DNA of 64,000 nt from an uncultured bacterium (lineage in GTDB: Bacteria; Patescibacteriota; Minisyncoccia; UBA6257; 2-01-FULL-56-20). The notes beneath the pieces were generated by a model. It saw nothing but the letters and a program-made list of their open reading frames with translations. It did not search any database and had not been told where the DNA came from. Where the stretch lies: positions 102,753 through 166,752 of the forward strand of contig OY970126.1 of the NCBI GenBank assembly GCA_963705915.1, given 5' to 3'. This document shows, in pieces, positions 63,998 through 64,000 of the stretch (its first letter is position 1; the number at the start of each line of letters is the position of its first letter). The position numbers were made by a program, and so were the translations under genes.

Positions 63998-64000
63998 TTA

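Noticed and set aside
1-64000. CRISPR arrays, rRNA genes, transposases/integrases
   Set aside because: No regularly spaced direct repeats, no rRNA-like conserved stretches and no recognisable transposase or integrase ORF were found by eye.

Overview
The window is a bacterial chromosomal segment, mostly + strand housekeeping genes at moderate-to-high GC. The many ECF-sigma/DUF5666-like modules, a minimal ProRS, a short UvrC, a group I intron in a tRNA and short intergenic spacers are consistent with a streamlined, possibly Patescibacteria-like organism; that taxonomic reading is inference. Genes recognised from their translations include: base excision repair genes (partial mpg, nth); a degenerate uvrB/uvrA/uvrC locus; ABC exporters; tsaC, proS, mreBCD, PBP2, galT, rplU, tpiA, murB, hpf, secA, two ECF sigma modules, csaA, an FKBP isomerase, an orphan response regulator and a zwf-gnd fusion; a phosphoglucose/phosphomannose isomerase, a Cas4-like PD-(D/E)xK nuclease, a MacAB-type efflux system and tandem GH130-like proteins; rpsP, a KH-domain protein, efp, mnmA, lysS, dnaE, three tRNAs, rpmG and an Fn3/peptidoglycan-binding wall protein. 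One tRNA-Thr carries a group I intron and abuts a LAGLIDADG-like gene. The most unusual region is an AT-rich island (~52.6-55.7 kb) between mnmA and lysS. It starts with a palindrome-rich spacer and a duplicated mnmA 3' end. It carries a convergent pair: a cassette of small membrane proteins on the + strand and a standalone SIR2_2-like (GAGFS...TLNQD...KLHGS...GYSFRD) protein on the - strand. This is a candidate undescribed SIR2-based defence module. Other points: uvrB is a multi-frameshift pseudogene, UvrA lacks the insertion domain, and there are several promoter-to-terminator sRNA candidates. Coordinates I derived by hand, rather than taken from the ORF track, may be off by 1-2 nt.
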